Source: Antedon mediterranea (taxonomy: Eukaryota; Animalia; Echinodermata). From it: a stretch of 64,000 nt of DNA. Made by a program: the position numbers and the translations under genes. Every line of letters begins with the position of its first letter. Within the stretch, counting starts at the first letter, position 1. The notes below the pieces were generated by a model. The model saw only the letters and a list, made by a program, of their open reading frames with translations, was not told the DNA's origin and ran no database searches. The DNA is taken from NCBI RefSeq assembly GCF_964355755.1, contig NC_092678.1:23825365-23889364 (forward strand), in the 5' to 3' direction. This document shows, one piece after another, positions 25,492 through 38,892 of this stretch.

Positions 25492-28409
25492 ATGACTTGT
25501 GAATCACAAGGCATGTCTGAATTCATCAAACAAGAGGTAATGTATGATATAAACACTCAGAGGCATTAGATTTGTTGTTTAACCCAAGCCACTGTCTTAG
25601 CTAGGTCTTTAAGCTAGGCTCTACTACATTTACTTAGACCTACACTATCTAGGCTAGCTCTACCGTGATTGTTTACTACTCTACCCGCCGAACCGGAACG
25701 GTTAAGGTAGAGGCCTATAGTACAAGGCCAAGGCTGCTATACCTAATCTAATGATATAGGTACTGTGTTTAATATTAGTTAGTTAGATTAGTTGTCTTGT
25801 TTTGCTATCGCTACAGCACACACTTCGAAGCTTCCAAAGTTAGTATATACTTCTACTAGTAGAGTACTAGTAGTAGTAGGTCTAGCTGGCTAGCTAGGCT
25901 AGTGTGTATAGGTTGCCTTCTAATTCTATCCATCAGAACGAATCGTAAAAGATACCGTTTATATATTGGACCACAATAATGCATTTAAAGTATTTTTTTA
26001 CTGTATTGGTGAGCTGAGCCATTATTTTTCAGTTTAATTGGCATTATTAAAATAAAATTTCTTATGTTATTTTTGTACAGACAATACACAAGGAAAAGTG
26101 GCTGTCACTGGAAAAGTACACATACAAAGATCCTAATGGACAGGAGAGGGTTTGGGAAGTGGTAGAAAGAACAACTAAATCCAAACAGAAAGATATTGGA
26201 GATGGTAAAAATTTAATCTCGGGGTCCAGGGTTCAATCTTCACCTAGTTAGTGCTATGATTGTAACTCATGATTGTTTTTATTACACTCCCTAAGCCTTA
26301 AATGAGACCAGGGAAGAGTTAAATTACAATAATTTAACTCTTCCCTGATGAGACTTGTAGTTAATAAGCATGATCATAGTTTATCCATCCCTGTAATTGG
26401 CAAGTTCTTTGCTGTTGGATATGTTGAAATGAAAACAAAATCCAGAAACTTATATCATGAAAGAAGACACCTATTTATTCAATATTATGGTATTAATACC
26501 ATAAGTATAATGTACTGCACTTATTACTCAAGGCTAAATCAATCATCGGATTTGAAATGATCTTTAAGGTTGTACTGTAGTATAGTACAAGGTAGCATGA
26601 TTAGTCAGCCTAAGCTATGACTATTCACTAAATAACTGTATACTTGAACTTTACACTGTAAATGCACTGTTATCTGTTTCTTTTTACACAGCTGTGGGTA
26701 TTGTAGCAATTTTAAAGAGGGCGCTGCATCATGATTGTATATTACTTGTCAGGCAATACCGCCCTCCTATCAAAGGATATTGCATTGAGTTCCCAGCAGG
26801 TATGAAAGGCTATTATATTTATTTTGTAATAATAATTATAATACGTTGTACAATACAAGTACATTCTTTGTGTATTTATTTATATTATACACTATTTATT
26901 TCTCAGGTTTGATTGACAAGAATGAAACTCCATCAGAAGCAGCAATAAGAGAACTTAAGGAGGAGACAGGGTATAGTGGCATAATAGAAAGTGTCTCACC
27001 TGGTAAGATTGCATGCTGACCTCAAAGTACACCAACATTGTCCAACGGGCCTTTATGCAATTTATTCACTTGTCGATTATTTAAATAGTCTTTGCATGGA
27101 CCCCCAATATTTAGACATAAAATTAAGATGGTAAAGATGCACAATTTAAATAATATATGTTCTATACTAATCAATAAAAATAATAACCATCTTTGTATTG
27201 TAATTAATTTTTCTTATCTTAGTTGTCTCGTTGGATCCTGGTCTTTCTGCTTCTACTATCCACCTTGTTAACATGAGGGTAATGAACTTTTTGATTATTT
27301 GTTTTATAATTTAATGCATTCAATATATTTTGGTTAGGTGCAGTGTTTAATAATTCAGCATTGAAATGTCTTACCAACTTAGCCAACCAACCATTGGTAT
27401 ATAGTCAAATATTTGAAGAAAATGTTCTATATTCATATGGTCTATTAATAAGCATTAGTGTTATGCAATTTCATTTGTCAATTCCAGTTTGTGTACTCTT
27501 GTTAATAAAATTTATTGAAAATGGGAATATGAAGAAGGTAAAAATGATTTTCTGTCTCTATTTTAGATTGATGGAGATGATTCAATCAATAGGAAACCTG
27601 TTAGCAACCCAGGTACGTTAAGAACTCTACTTTCACTACCCAGTTACCTTAAGAATGCTACTTAGGCAACCCAGGTACATTAAGAACGCTACTGAACTGT
27701 AGCTTGAATGAGTTTTGCCCAACCTGACATGTGAAAACAGTTCACCAAAATTAGTAAAAAGGTTCATCTGGATCTATGTATAGTATTCAAGTAATTTTTC
27801 TTTTGGATGATCAAAAGTCAAATAAAATTCTTAAAACGAAAGCTAGAGTAAAAACGTAAGTTTTACGATTTTTATTTGACTTTGAATCATCCAAAAGAAA
27901 AATTACTTGAATAGTTCACCAAAACATTGGTAAAATCAGCAAACAGGTATAAACATTTGGTTTATTGGAGTACAACATAGTTGTTGTGTTTTATTCACTT
28001 TAATACACTTTATCTTGTAGATGATGGAGAGTTTATAGAGGTGTTTGTGGTTCCAGTCAACGAACTACGATTACGATTGGACAGTAAGTATTTTTTTGAA
28101 ACATATAATTAAAACAATTGAGTTTTGAAAAAATTGATTGTTTGAATGAAAGTCAATTCCTCCTATTGTACCTTCTCTCAAACTAGTATTTCAAATAACA
28201 ATTTCTGTACCATGGTTAATGAATGTAAAAATTATGAGTCATATTTATTGAGGAAATGGTTTATAGGAAGTACTGAATTGGCTTAAATATTAAGCTTAGT
28301 TTTTAATTTTATTTTTTTAGAATATGCAAGTAAAGGAGATTTGATTGATGCTCGTGTTTACACCTATGCCTTGCTACTGGACCAACAAAATCATCCTACA
28401 GAGCTATAA
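25492..28409 (+). CDS. NUDT5: ADP-sugar pyrophosphatase (Nudix hydrolase 5), 8 exons, 208 aa
   Basis: Exons 25492-25536, 26081-26204, 26692-26799, 26907-27002, 27223-27278, 27567-27612, 28021-28083, 28321-28409 join in frame (627 nt). Nudix box [23 protein letters not shown]; [52 protein letters not shown]. Confidence 0.93.
27784..27913. repeat. Inverted repeat / hairpin (~54-bp arms) in NUDT5 intron 6
   Basis: tattcaagtaatttttcttttggatga..aaaac versus gtttt..tcatccaaaagaaaaattacttgaata. Confidence 0.8.
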
Positions 28410-29983
28410 AGCAAGAAGAAGTCTAGACAGTAGAGGGTGAGAGGGCTCTACTACTGGGTTCCCCTTGCTACTGGACTGGACAAAATCAGATTATGAAGTT
28501 TGATAGTTGGAAATGAATTGTTGAAATTAACGGGTGACAGAGAAGTTCTGTGTTTCGATTGCTGCTTTCTTCTTTTTTAAAAGTATTTCAGATTGTTTTC
28601 TCATTTCAAAATTTTACTTCATCCTTAATCCTGAACATCTAAATATTCTGAAGGTTTTGAATTTTAATTATTGTTATAATCAACAACTCTAGTATTAAAT
28701 ATATATTTTAAATCAGTGTTTATATATTTTCTTTTGTCGTCAGTTTGTCGGAATATTTGTTTCCTTTATTGGTTGATTTTATCGTTCAACCTGGTAATTT
28801 AGATTTAGAATTATTAACAAGTTTTCATATTAGATTTAAGATATTTCATATTCCATTAATAAATGAAAGTTGTGTTTGGCATCATCTCACTCACAAATTC
28901 AACAAAATTGTTTTGTAGTTCCAATCCTATATGTTATATTAATTTCAACTCATCTTGTCCTGCTCCAAACAACCAAGCATGCTGAGTTTGTAGACAGGAA
29001 ATGTTGTACATCCTATAATACTAATGTCAAAACTAGTAGATACTACAAATCTGGTTGATTTTCAGCAATATACCGTAATGAATATACACATAAATAATCA
29101 CACAAGTACAGTAGGTTTATTGAAATGTATCAACTTTTAATTCAAGTAAAATGAGAAAAACATTGTCTAAATTTAAGCCTACTAATCACCAAAGTATATA
29201 TATATATTTATTAGATTTAGACTAAAACACAGTTGAATTAATTATTATGTAAATTATATTTCTCTCCAGATGAAAACAAAAATTGTCTAATCAGCAAAAT
29301 AAACCAAAATACGGTTGAACTATTTCATTAATTTGTCATTAATTCTACTCAAGTAAATAATTGAAACTAAATATAATGCAACGATTTAAGAATGAGAGTT
29401 ACCTACAGTAATTAATGTAATATTTATATGACTTAATATAAACAAATTCAAATATAGCTGAACAATACAAAATATATTATATGCAAATATGATATTATAC
29501 AGTATTATACTGCTGTTATTCGTCATTACATAATAAAGTTCCACAGCATTCAAGCGAAAGGATCTATATAATATTAGCTTTCGTGACGTGATGTCATATT
29601 GGCAATATGCATATGAGTAATAAACCTGTTAGTTAACGTTAGATAATAGTTCCACAGCATTCAAGTGAAAATATAATGTACTATACTAAAAATATCTAAG
29701 ACTGCTAACAAATTTCCAGACTTATTCAAGCCAGCACACTTAGGTTCTATATAATATTAGCTTTCATGGCTTGTCATATTGAGAAATTTGCATATGAGTC
29801 ATTTTATCGCAAAAATATACAAATAAAATTAAAATGATTATTTATTCTAGATAATAGCATAGAGATAATATCTCTATGATAATAGTAAGCCTAATGTATG
29901 CATAAGATCACTGCAACAATTATATATTTATATATTTCTGTTGTAAGGTTATTAATGTGTTGTTATGCTTATTTAACTATTAT

Positions 29984-32158
29984 TTAATAATTAAATATTT
30001 TTACTGTTTTATCACCGTTATTTGTCACTGCCAGTCTACGTGGATGGTGTGACAAGATGCATAATCCATGAGGATCGTTGATTCCATCTTTTTTCTTATC
30101 AATCCTTTTAATAAACTGTCCACTATTACTAAATAGCTGTAGTTTGTGACTACTTGATATTATGATATTGTCATCATCATCAACTACTACTCCTTTTGGG
30201 TGCTTCACCGTACCATCTTCATTAGCTTCATTGATAAGTTCTTTGATAAACTTTCCCCCCTTATCAAATAGTTTTAAGCAATGCTTGATATTGTAAAGTA
30301 CAAGAATATGTCCTTGTCTTGTAATGGCGACATCCGAGATGTTTGGACATTTAAGACCCGTACAATCACATTCTGCTATTTTCTTAATCAGCTTGCCACT
30401 TTCAATGTTAAACATGGCTACATCTTCATTATTAGCCACATATATGACACTTGATGCTTCATCTACATGGATACCACGTAGATTTTTCAACACTCCCTGA
30501 TCACCAAATGATTTAATCACCTCGCCATTCATAGTGCATATTGTGATGCATTTATTACTACAATCACTGAATGCTATATTACCATTGTTCATTGTGTACA
30601 TTCTGTTTACTTGCATACCTTCTGATAGTGTAACCTTGCCGATGTCTTCACCTGATTCCTTGTATTTGTGAATGACATTGTCCTTATAGGATACACCCAA
30701 GCAATTATCGTCTAAAAAAACTACATCACGAACTTTAACATTGTCTATTTTTATCGTTTTTAATAATCTTTCCTGTACTTTGATACTCATTGGTGACTTC
30801 TTAATGTGTTCACCATCAACTCTAACATCAACCTTGCAAATCCCTGCACTTGTACATCTACCTATCACAGTATAGTCACCATTGATGTCTTCTTCTACTT
30901 CAGGGATGATAGTTTTTCCTGTTGGTTGTGTCAATGTAACTTTTAAGTCATTTGTATTTATTTCACTTTCATCAGTTTTAATTATTTTGACAGAGATTGA
31001 TTCACCGACTGTCACGTTATAATCTCCTCTTAATTCTAAGCGGTCAGCTGTCCTTCCCGTAACAATTCCAATATCCTTCTGCAATGAAATAATTTGTTGA
31101 CTGTTTTTAACAAACTTAATCTCTGCATCATATGTTAGTTTAGACACTTCATTGATCCTATCATCTAACGCTCTAATGACGTCATTACCGGATAACATTG
31201 CCGTTGCTTCGTTGCCCTTCCCTAGGTGATGAAGCAAATTGATGTTAGTGTTTATAAACGATACAGTCGTTGTCACATCTTCTATGTCAGCATCAGTTGT
31301 CTTCCTCTTTATTTTGTACATTGCATCCACTTCACTTTTCAATTTGTCTCCACTGTCTTTTATTCTTCTTACCAATTCCTCTACATGATTTTCAATTCCT
31401 CTCAAACTCTTTTCCCTCTTTGCATCTAGTTTTGTAACATCATCAGTCATTACTTTAAGGTCGTCATTCAATCTATCTGTACATTGTTTAGCAACTTTCT
31501 CCAATTCCGCTGATTTTTGTTTAAATGTTTTAAACGCGTCTGTTATGCTGATTATGGTGTGTTTGTCCTTTCCTTCCCATTCCTTGTGATCCATGAGTTG
31601 GCAGTGTATACAAATGGCAACATCGCATATTTTACAAAACACAGTTAAAGGTTCATTGTGGATAGAACACAGAGGTGGATGCATCGCATTGATTTCACTG
31701 ACACTCATAGATTGAACATCTTCTACTGAATGCAACTTGTGATTTTTGCAAGCTCGAATATTCTTATGAGCACCACTACAATTCTGGCACAAATATTGTC
31801 TGCAATCCTGACAGTAGGTTTTAGCTTTACCTTCCTTTCCACAAATACATTTGGTCTGATCTGTATTTGTGAACTGTTCAATTGTTTCTAATAGATTATT
31901 CAGAAAAGTGTTGGGTGGTAGTTTCTTTAGACCACCCTCTGGAATCTGATAAGATTTTGAGCAAGTTGGACAGGTTTCTTTCTTATTTTTTTTCAACCAG
32001 TTGTCAAGACAACCCAAACAGAAGCTGTGAAGACATGTTAAGGTTCTGGGTTCGTTGAGTCTATTTAAGCATATTTGGCACTCTAGAACCTTCTCATCGA
32101 TATCTTCTAGAAATTTAGCCAAATCACCACCGGTAGCCATCTTACCACCGCTAGCCAT
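29984..32158 (-). CDS. TRIM-NHL E3 ligase copy 1 (RING, B-box1, B-box2, coiled coil, filamin, NHL; TRIM2/3/71-like architecture), 724 aa
   Basis: C3HC4 RING CQICLNRLNEPRTLTCLHSFCLGCL..CPTC; B-boxes; VDVRVDGEHIKKSPMSI filamin end; NHL repeats (PKGVVVD, PHGLCI); single coding exon. Confidence 0.92.
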   Translation of the reverse strand: MASGGKMATGGDLAKFLEDIDEKVLECQICLNRLNEPRTLTCLHSFCLGCLDNWLKKNKKETCPTCSKSYQIPEGGLKKLPPNTFLNNLLETIEQFTNTDQTKCICGKEGKAKTYCQDCRQYLCQNCSGAHKNIRACKNHKLHSVEDVQSMSVSEINAMHPPLCSIHNEPLTVFCKICDVAICIHCQLMDHKEWEGKDKHTIISITDAFKTFKQKSAELEKVAKQCTDRLNDDLKVMTDDVTKLDAKREKSLRGIENHVEELVRRIKDSGDKLKSEVDAMYKIKRKTTDADIEDVTTTVSFINTNINLLHHLGKGNEATAMLSGNDVIRALDDRINEVSKLTYDAEIKFVKNSQQIISLQKDIGIVTGRTADRLELRGDYNVTVGESISVKIIKTDESEINTNDLKVTLTQPTGKTIIPEVEEDINGDYTVIGRCTSAGICKVDVRVDGEHIKKSPMSIKVQERLLKTIKIDNVKVRDVVFLDDNCLGVSYKDNVIHKYKESGEDIGKVTLSEGMQVNRMYTMNNGNIAFSDCSNKCITICTMNGEVIKSFGDQGVLKNLRGIHVDEASSVIYVANNEDVAMFNIESGKLIKKIAECDCTGLKCPNISDVAITRQGHILVLYNIKHCLKLFDKGGKFIKELINEANEDGTVKHPKGVVVDDDDNIIISSSHKLQLFSNSGQFIKRIDKKKDGINDPHGLCILSHHPRRLAVTNNGDKTVKIFNY

Positions 32159-33373
32159 CTTGAGTTGATCTGTGAATTGATAATTGCCTATAATGGTTAT
32201 TTTCCTTTTATTTTAATTGTGTTTACATTGTGAAATACATTTAATAATTCACATAGTTTATTGTCTTTCATTTTTGCGTGCTCACTTGATATTTTGTAAA
32301 GATACATTATTGCGTAAGTCTATCACTATAATGTAGACAAGCCCAATTGCTGAGATCTAACAAATGGTTCCGATATGAATTAATAGTGTTTAATTTTGGT
32401 TATTGTGACGTTAGTGTATTTATATTATTACCAGAGCATAACTGGTTCTTTTGTGTACATACTGTCGATATGATCGGAGGGAGGCAGTTAAATGGACACG
32501 TATACAATAACATACCATACCATACTTATAACAATAATAAAAGGTATTGGATAGAATTGATAGTTCCGTCTTATTTTAATTGTGTTTACATTGTGAAATA
32601 CATTTACGATTTCGCAGAGTTTATTGTCTTTCATTTTTGCGTGCTCACTTGATATTTTGTAAAGATACATATGGACCTAGTCTGTTAGTATGTAGACAAG
32701 CCCAATTGCTGAGATTTAAAAAATGGTTCCAATATGAATTTAGTGTTTATTCATGATTCTTGTGACGTTGGTGTAGGCCTATATATTTTACCAGAGCATG
32801 ACTGGTTCTTTTTTCTACTATTGATATTATCACAAAATAACATTCCGGGGAGCTAGGTACATGGACACGTATACAATTAAGATAGGCCTACCATACTTAT
32901 AAAAATGAGAATAGGTATTTTAACCCACTCTTCTCATAGGGCTATATCATGTACTTCTACCAAAATGTATCGCAGCCTTTTGTTTAAGTTGATAGTAATA
33001 TTTTATTTACAAATCCTTGGAAGTCTCGGCCAATCAGTAGGGCCTATACTCTGAAGTTTAGAAATCGATCGGTCATGTGACATTTGTCGTGACGTCAACA
33101 ATCACACCCAGAATATTATTAAACTGGATTAGTGCTTATTTTTGTTCGCTGTGTATTAAAACTGACGATTATGCAGTTACCTTACAAAAGTATAATGCAT
33201 ATTCGTGAGATTATTCAATATTTTGGCATAACATTAAGCATCGAAAATGAAGATGATCAATTTTATATTTAAAACTGAATCATACAATTGCGTTTATTGA
33301 TAAAATACTAGAAAACTGGGTCCTTATCCGAACCAGAATACGATAAAATGGTCTAAGAACTTAAATAACTTAC

Positions 33374-33570
33374 CTTTTGATAAGATTAGTGTCTTGATGT
33401 TCTTGTAGACAGGTGCAAATGCTCCCAGGTCTAAGGTGAAACAAGATGGTTCGGATATGAAATCAAGTTTTTAGTTCTGGTTCATGTGACAGTGGTGTAT
33501 TTGTATATGATTAGCATGATTGATTCTTTTATGTACAGACTATTGATAAGAACACAACATATGCCTTACA
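33374..33570 (-). other. Putative non-coding first exon of TRIM copy 1 (paralogous donors at ~43109, ~47439, ~62670)
   Basis: AAAG|gtaagt donor conserved in all four units; acceptor cag 11 nt before each ATG; predicted introns 32170-33373, 41040-43108, 46611-47438, 61853-62669; the exon's 5' end is approximate. Confidence 0.65.
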
Positions 33571-33635
33571 CGGAAACGTTACAAATTATCGGCATCCATT
33601 TGTTCTAAAATGTTTTCCATTTTACGAATATTAAG

Positions 33636-36600
33636 AATACAGAATACAGAAATGTATTGGTCCAAAAGGAAATTCGTTTCGTTAACAAGCTCTCAAACAA
33701 TTAATTAAAAATATATAAAAAGTCATGAATACAAAAATACAAGATCAATAAAAATACGAATAAACATCAAACATTGACAAAAATATAAAAATACTATATC
33801 GTAACATATAAATATATATATATATCTCCATTGAGATCCAGCCACTGATACCCACAGCATTGTCATTTTTTCAGTAATTTGCCTTTGGATTTATATATAT
33901 GGTTCTAGGACACCTACCCCCTGGACAGTTATCCCCCGGATGTTTACCACCCGGACAACTACTCCCCGGACAACTACTCCCCGGACAACTACCCCCTTAG
34001 GACAACTACCCCCCGGACAACTACTCCCCGGACAACTACCCCCTTAGGACAATTACCCCCTTAGGATAACAACCCCCCGGACAACTACCCCCCGGACAAC
34101 TACCCCCTTAGGACAACTACCCCCTTAGGACAACTACCCCCCGGGTAACTACCCCCCGGTCAACTAACCCCCGGTCAACTACCCCCCGGTCAACTAACCC
34201 CCGGTCAACTACCCCCCATCCCCCTCCCAATCCAAAAGTAGACAAATATATAGGACCGGTTTCTGTAAAAATGAAATCATCTGTTTTTAACGGGAGACCT
34301 ATATTTGGGTCTCCCTTTTCGTATATTAGGGTCTCCCTTTTCGTATAGTGGGGTCTCCCTTTCGTATAGTGGGGTCTCCCTTTTCGTACGTGGGTCTCCC
34401 TTTTCGTATATTTAGGTCTCCCTTTTCGTATTGGGTCTCGGGTCTCTGGTCTCTGATCTCGGGTCTCTTGTTTCGAAACACCCGTTTTTAACCGATTATT
34501 CTGTTTAACAACACGCTAGACCCTAGATGTGCTAGATTTAAAGTACCGTATTTATTGAAAAAACGGCCTGGGCTGTTTATTGTTTAGGTGGTTTTTAGGT
34601 GGACATTTATTGGAAGAAAGTTGTTTATTCAATGGGAGGGGGTATAATCTAATGGAAATAGACGCCGATTATTCCATATGATGTGTCATGGGAGTGACAT
34701 GGTCACCGTTTATTTGAGGGGAATTTATTTAAAGATTATTATTTATTCGGTGAGTGAACATTGAGGTCAAATATCAAAAGTGATATTATTCTTCAAGTGT
34801 ACAAAAATACAAATGACAAATTTGAGACAAAAATTAATTCTTTTAAGACCAGTGGTTATCGAAGCATTGTCCTGACGCAAAAATTATTATTATTATTAGC
34901 GAACCCAGTAAACTTTACAGTAAATACAGGGAGTACTATATAATACGTTCGACTATCCTATGATCATGTGTGACAATCTTCAGTTTATACCAGGCTATAT
35001 TTATGTTCAATCTTTTACTTTTGTTTACAATAATGAATAGTATTTCGTCAAAGTAACGAATTAAAATATAGTTATTAATTCCTATTATACGCTGCTGCAG
35101 AGTCAGGTTGTTGAATGGTCTGGGTGGTAGTTGTCCGTCCGGGGGGTAGTTGTTCTAAAGGGATAGTTTTCTGGGTGGTAGTTGTCCAGGGGTTAGTTGT
35201 CCTACGGAGGTAGTTGTCCTAAAAGATTATTTGCCCTCGGAGTATTGTCCAGGTCCAGGAGGTAGGTAGTTGTCCTATGGGGAGTATTGTGTCAGAGGCA
35301 GTTGTCCGCGGGGTAATTACCCGGGGGGGGGGGGGGTAATTGTCAGGGGGTAATTGTTCCTAGGGGGTAATTGTTCCTAGGGGTAATTGTTCCTAGGGGG
35401 TAATTGTCCGGGGGTAGTTGTCCAGGGGGTAGTTGTCCAGGGGTTAGTTGTCCTACGGAGGTAGTTGTCCTAAAAGATTATTTTCCCTCGGAGTATTGTC
35501 CAGGAAGTAGTTGTCCTACGGGGAGTATTGTGTCAGAGGTAGTTGTCCGCGGGGTAATTACCCGGGGGGGGGGGGGTAATTGTCCGGGGGGTAATTGTCC
35601 GGGGGGTAATTGTTCCTAGGGGTAATTGTCCGGGGGGTAGTTGTCCAGGGGGTAGTTGTCCTAAGGTGGTGGTTGCCCGGGGGGTAGTTTTCCGGGGGGT
35701 AAATGTCCAGGGGGTGAATATCCGGATACGATATATATAGCAGTGTTATATACAGTTAAAACAAATTAAATTTTCAATCTATCTTTTAATAGTTGCGTTA
35801 TATAAATGGCAAGAATTTGGAACAAATGACTTTCGAAGACAATCTCCTCTTAGTGGACGTAGCCTGATATCAGATCTGTTTAAAACATAGTACTTATTTA
35901 GTGGGTGTGTGTGGTCATTCATAATTATGTTAATTTTATGTAATACTCTTTTTTCATATGTTTGTTGAATAGTTGGTAGGTCAGAGCCAATAATTTTGCC
36001 TGCACGCAACTCGTTCTAATTTTTCTTTGTTCTCATTTGTATATGATATTAAACTAATAGTTAAAACACTTTGCACTATAGCCCTATAGAACATCGTTAA
36101 TATATTATTATAAATTTTATATAGTTTTAGTTTTCTTAAGAAATATAGCCTTTGATTTACACGGTATTTATTTGAGTATTAAATTTGAGACCTTTGTCAA
36201 TAGTGGTTCCTAAGTATTTTTGTTCGCCTACTTGATCTATTTCTACACCTTTAATAATTAACTTATCATGTCCAAACATTTTACGTCTTGTATCAAATAC
36301 TATTTCTTTAGTTTTGTTTTTATTTAGTTGTAGGTAGTTTGTGTCACACCAGTCCACAAATTTGTCAACCTCATTTGTGTACGGTGACGCATCTGCTCCA
36401 CGAAGATAACCGGAGATTACAGTATTATCCGTGTATTTTATTATTGAGGTTGTACTGCCTACGTTTCATAGTCGGAAGTATATAGTGAAAACAAAAACGG
36501 CGAAAGGACGCATCCTTGTGGTGCTCCCGTATTGCAAAGCGTTGTGCTGGAAACGTTGCTGTCCATGCGAACGTATTGAGGTCTCTGTTGCAGAAAGTCC

Positions 36601-36883
36601 ATGGTCAGAAGTGAGAGGTTGGGATTAATATCCATCCCTCGTAATTTTCTAATCAACAAATGCGTTTGTAAGCAATTAAAAGCGCTCGAAAAGTCAACGA
36701 AGAGTGCCCTGACAAACGTATTCCTAATGTCAATATGCTGAAAAATATTATGCAAGAAAAGAAGAATAGCATCATCAGTTCCTCTCTTGGGTCGGTAGGC
36801 AAATTGAGTAGGATCAATCGATACGCCCTCTTGGTCAAGTATACGATTCAAAATAATGCGTTCAAAACACTTCATAACATTTG
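33636..36883 (-). mobile_element. 5'-truncated Rex-Babar/L2-type LINE (decayed RT) with a DNA element nested in its 3' UTR
   Basis: MKCFERIIL..QFAYRPKRGTDDAI..FVDFSSAFN..GAPQGCVLSPFLFSLYT; WCDTNYLQLNKNKTKE..KYLGT; tail aatttccttttggaccaatac(attctgt)n at ~33640-33680; paralogous units show the empty site. Confidence 0.85.
33901..35730. mobile_element. Non-autonomous DNA element with long TIRs made of 15-17-bp GGACAACTACCCCC repeats, inserted in (TA)n
   Basis: Left array 33901-34220 (ggacaactacccccc); right array 35120-35730 in reverse (ggggtagttgtcc); (TA)n on both flanks; internal gggtctcccttttcgta array at 34290-34480. Confidence 0.75.
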
Positions 36884-37867
36884 AAGCCGAATCTGTGCTT
36901 TGAATCTAGACTACGGTGTTATGTGTCGTAAGCTATAGGCAATTACAAAAACATAATACGAATATTTCACAACATTAAATCAAAATACAATGACATTTTG
37001 TTTACTTAATTTCAAACACAATTTAATGCATAAAAATAAAAACTCAAGGCCAGTAGTTAATTTATAGTCACGTGTTTAATTGTTACGCTTTTGTTTTCTT
37101 CAGTGCTGAATAACCGGCACATTTCTAAGTAAATAATATTAGTTTATTGTTATTATATAATTTGAAATTAAGATGACATTTAAAGGGAACATACAAATAA
37201 TACAATTTTGAAAATGGGTTAGGGTTAGGTTCCCACAGAACCGTCTGAACCTCTATCATTTTATATCAAAATATTCCGGCAGGGGGGATCCAGGGTAAAG
37301 ATTGCTTCTTGTGCTACCTCTCAGTACTGGACTAACATCTGATTCGCCTACTCAGATTATGAAGTTGAAAGTTGGAAATGAATTGTTGACTTTAACGGGT
37401 GACAGAGAAATTTCAGACTGTTTTCTCATCAGTGTTCATATATATATGACATATATGTTTTCTTTTGTCGTCAGTTTGTCGGAATATTTGTTTCCTTTAT
37501 TGGTTGATTTTATCGTTCAACCTGGTAATTTACAGTAGATTTAGAATTATTAAGTTTTCATATTTAATTTAAGATATTTCATATTCCATTAATAAATGAA
37601 AGTTATGTTTGGCATCATCTCACTCACAATTTCAACAAAATTGTTTTGTAGTTCCTTTTCATATTGTATGGTATTAATGTTAGGATACATCTCACCAATC
37701 ATATGTGTTAATTTCAGCTCATCTTGTCCTGCTCCAAACAACCTGGTACAAAGTTGAAGCTATGGTAGGCTAGACCTAGCATGCTGAGCTTGTAGACAGG
37801 GAATGTTGTACATCCTAAAAATCTGGTTTATTTTCAGTAATATACCATAATGAATACTGTATACACA

Positions 37868-38087
37868 GTGTCTTGTCATCTGCCAATTGGCAGGTCCATG
37901 ACAGTCTTCTTTCTCCATGCTTCTCTATTTAGTAATTCTTCTTTTAGTTCTGAATATGTATTGTTATTAGTCTCTACAGCTCACTATGTCGGTCGGTTGG
38001 TCGGTAGGTCGGTCGGTCGGTCGGTAAACACTAACCTGAGCACGCGACTGCAGCCATGTATATGGCCTTGTTTTTTAATAAATTAAA
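37868..38087. mobile_element. Short insertion with (GGTC)n microsatellite, Helentron/DINE-like or SINE-like
   Basis: Absent from paralogous units; flanked by atacaca duplication (37861 and 38088); gtcggtcggt tract. Confidence 0.5.
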
Positions 38088-38892
38088 ATACACATTAATA
38101 AATACAAATACAGTAGGTTTATTGAAATGTATCAACTTTTAATTCAAGTAAAATGAGAAAAACATTGTTTAAATTTAAGCCTACTTTAATCACCAAAGTA
38201 TATACTTATATATTTACTAGATTTAGACTAAAACACAGTTGAACTAATTAATTAATATGTAAATTATATTTCTACTTTAGATGGAAACAAAAATTGTCTA
38301 AACTTAAGGCTACTAATCAGAAAAATAAACCAAAAAACTATTTCATTAATTTGTAATTAATTCTACTCTAGTAAATAATTGAAACTAAATATAATGCAAC
38401 GATTGAAAAGTTACCTACAGTAATTAATGTAATATTGATACGACTTAATATAAACGAATTTAATTATGGCTGAATAATACAAAATATATTATATGCAAAT
38501 ATGATACAGTATTATACTGCTGTTATTCGTCATCACATAATAAACCTGTTAGTTAACGTTAGATAATAGTTCCATTGCATTCAAGTGAAAATAAAATGTA
38601 TTATATTAAAACAAAATGTAAGTGCTCCCTCACTGCTACCAAATTCCCGGACGCCAGCACACTTAGGTTCTATATAATCAGCGTACGTGGCGTGATGTCA
38701 TATTGAGAAATTTGCATATGAGTAATGTTTTATTAATTTGATCACAAAAATATACAAATAAAATTAAATGATTATTTATTCTATGTAATAGTAAGCCTAA
38801 TTTATGCATAAGATCACTTCAACAATTTTCAGTAAAAACAACACTAATTCTAATCATTTCTATATTCCTGTTGAAGGTTAATAATACGATAT

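Noticed and set aside
35404-35619. Cys/Gly-rich ORF (GGSCPGGSCP) resembling a metallothionein or keratin-associated protein
   Set aside because: Translation of the TIR repeat array.
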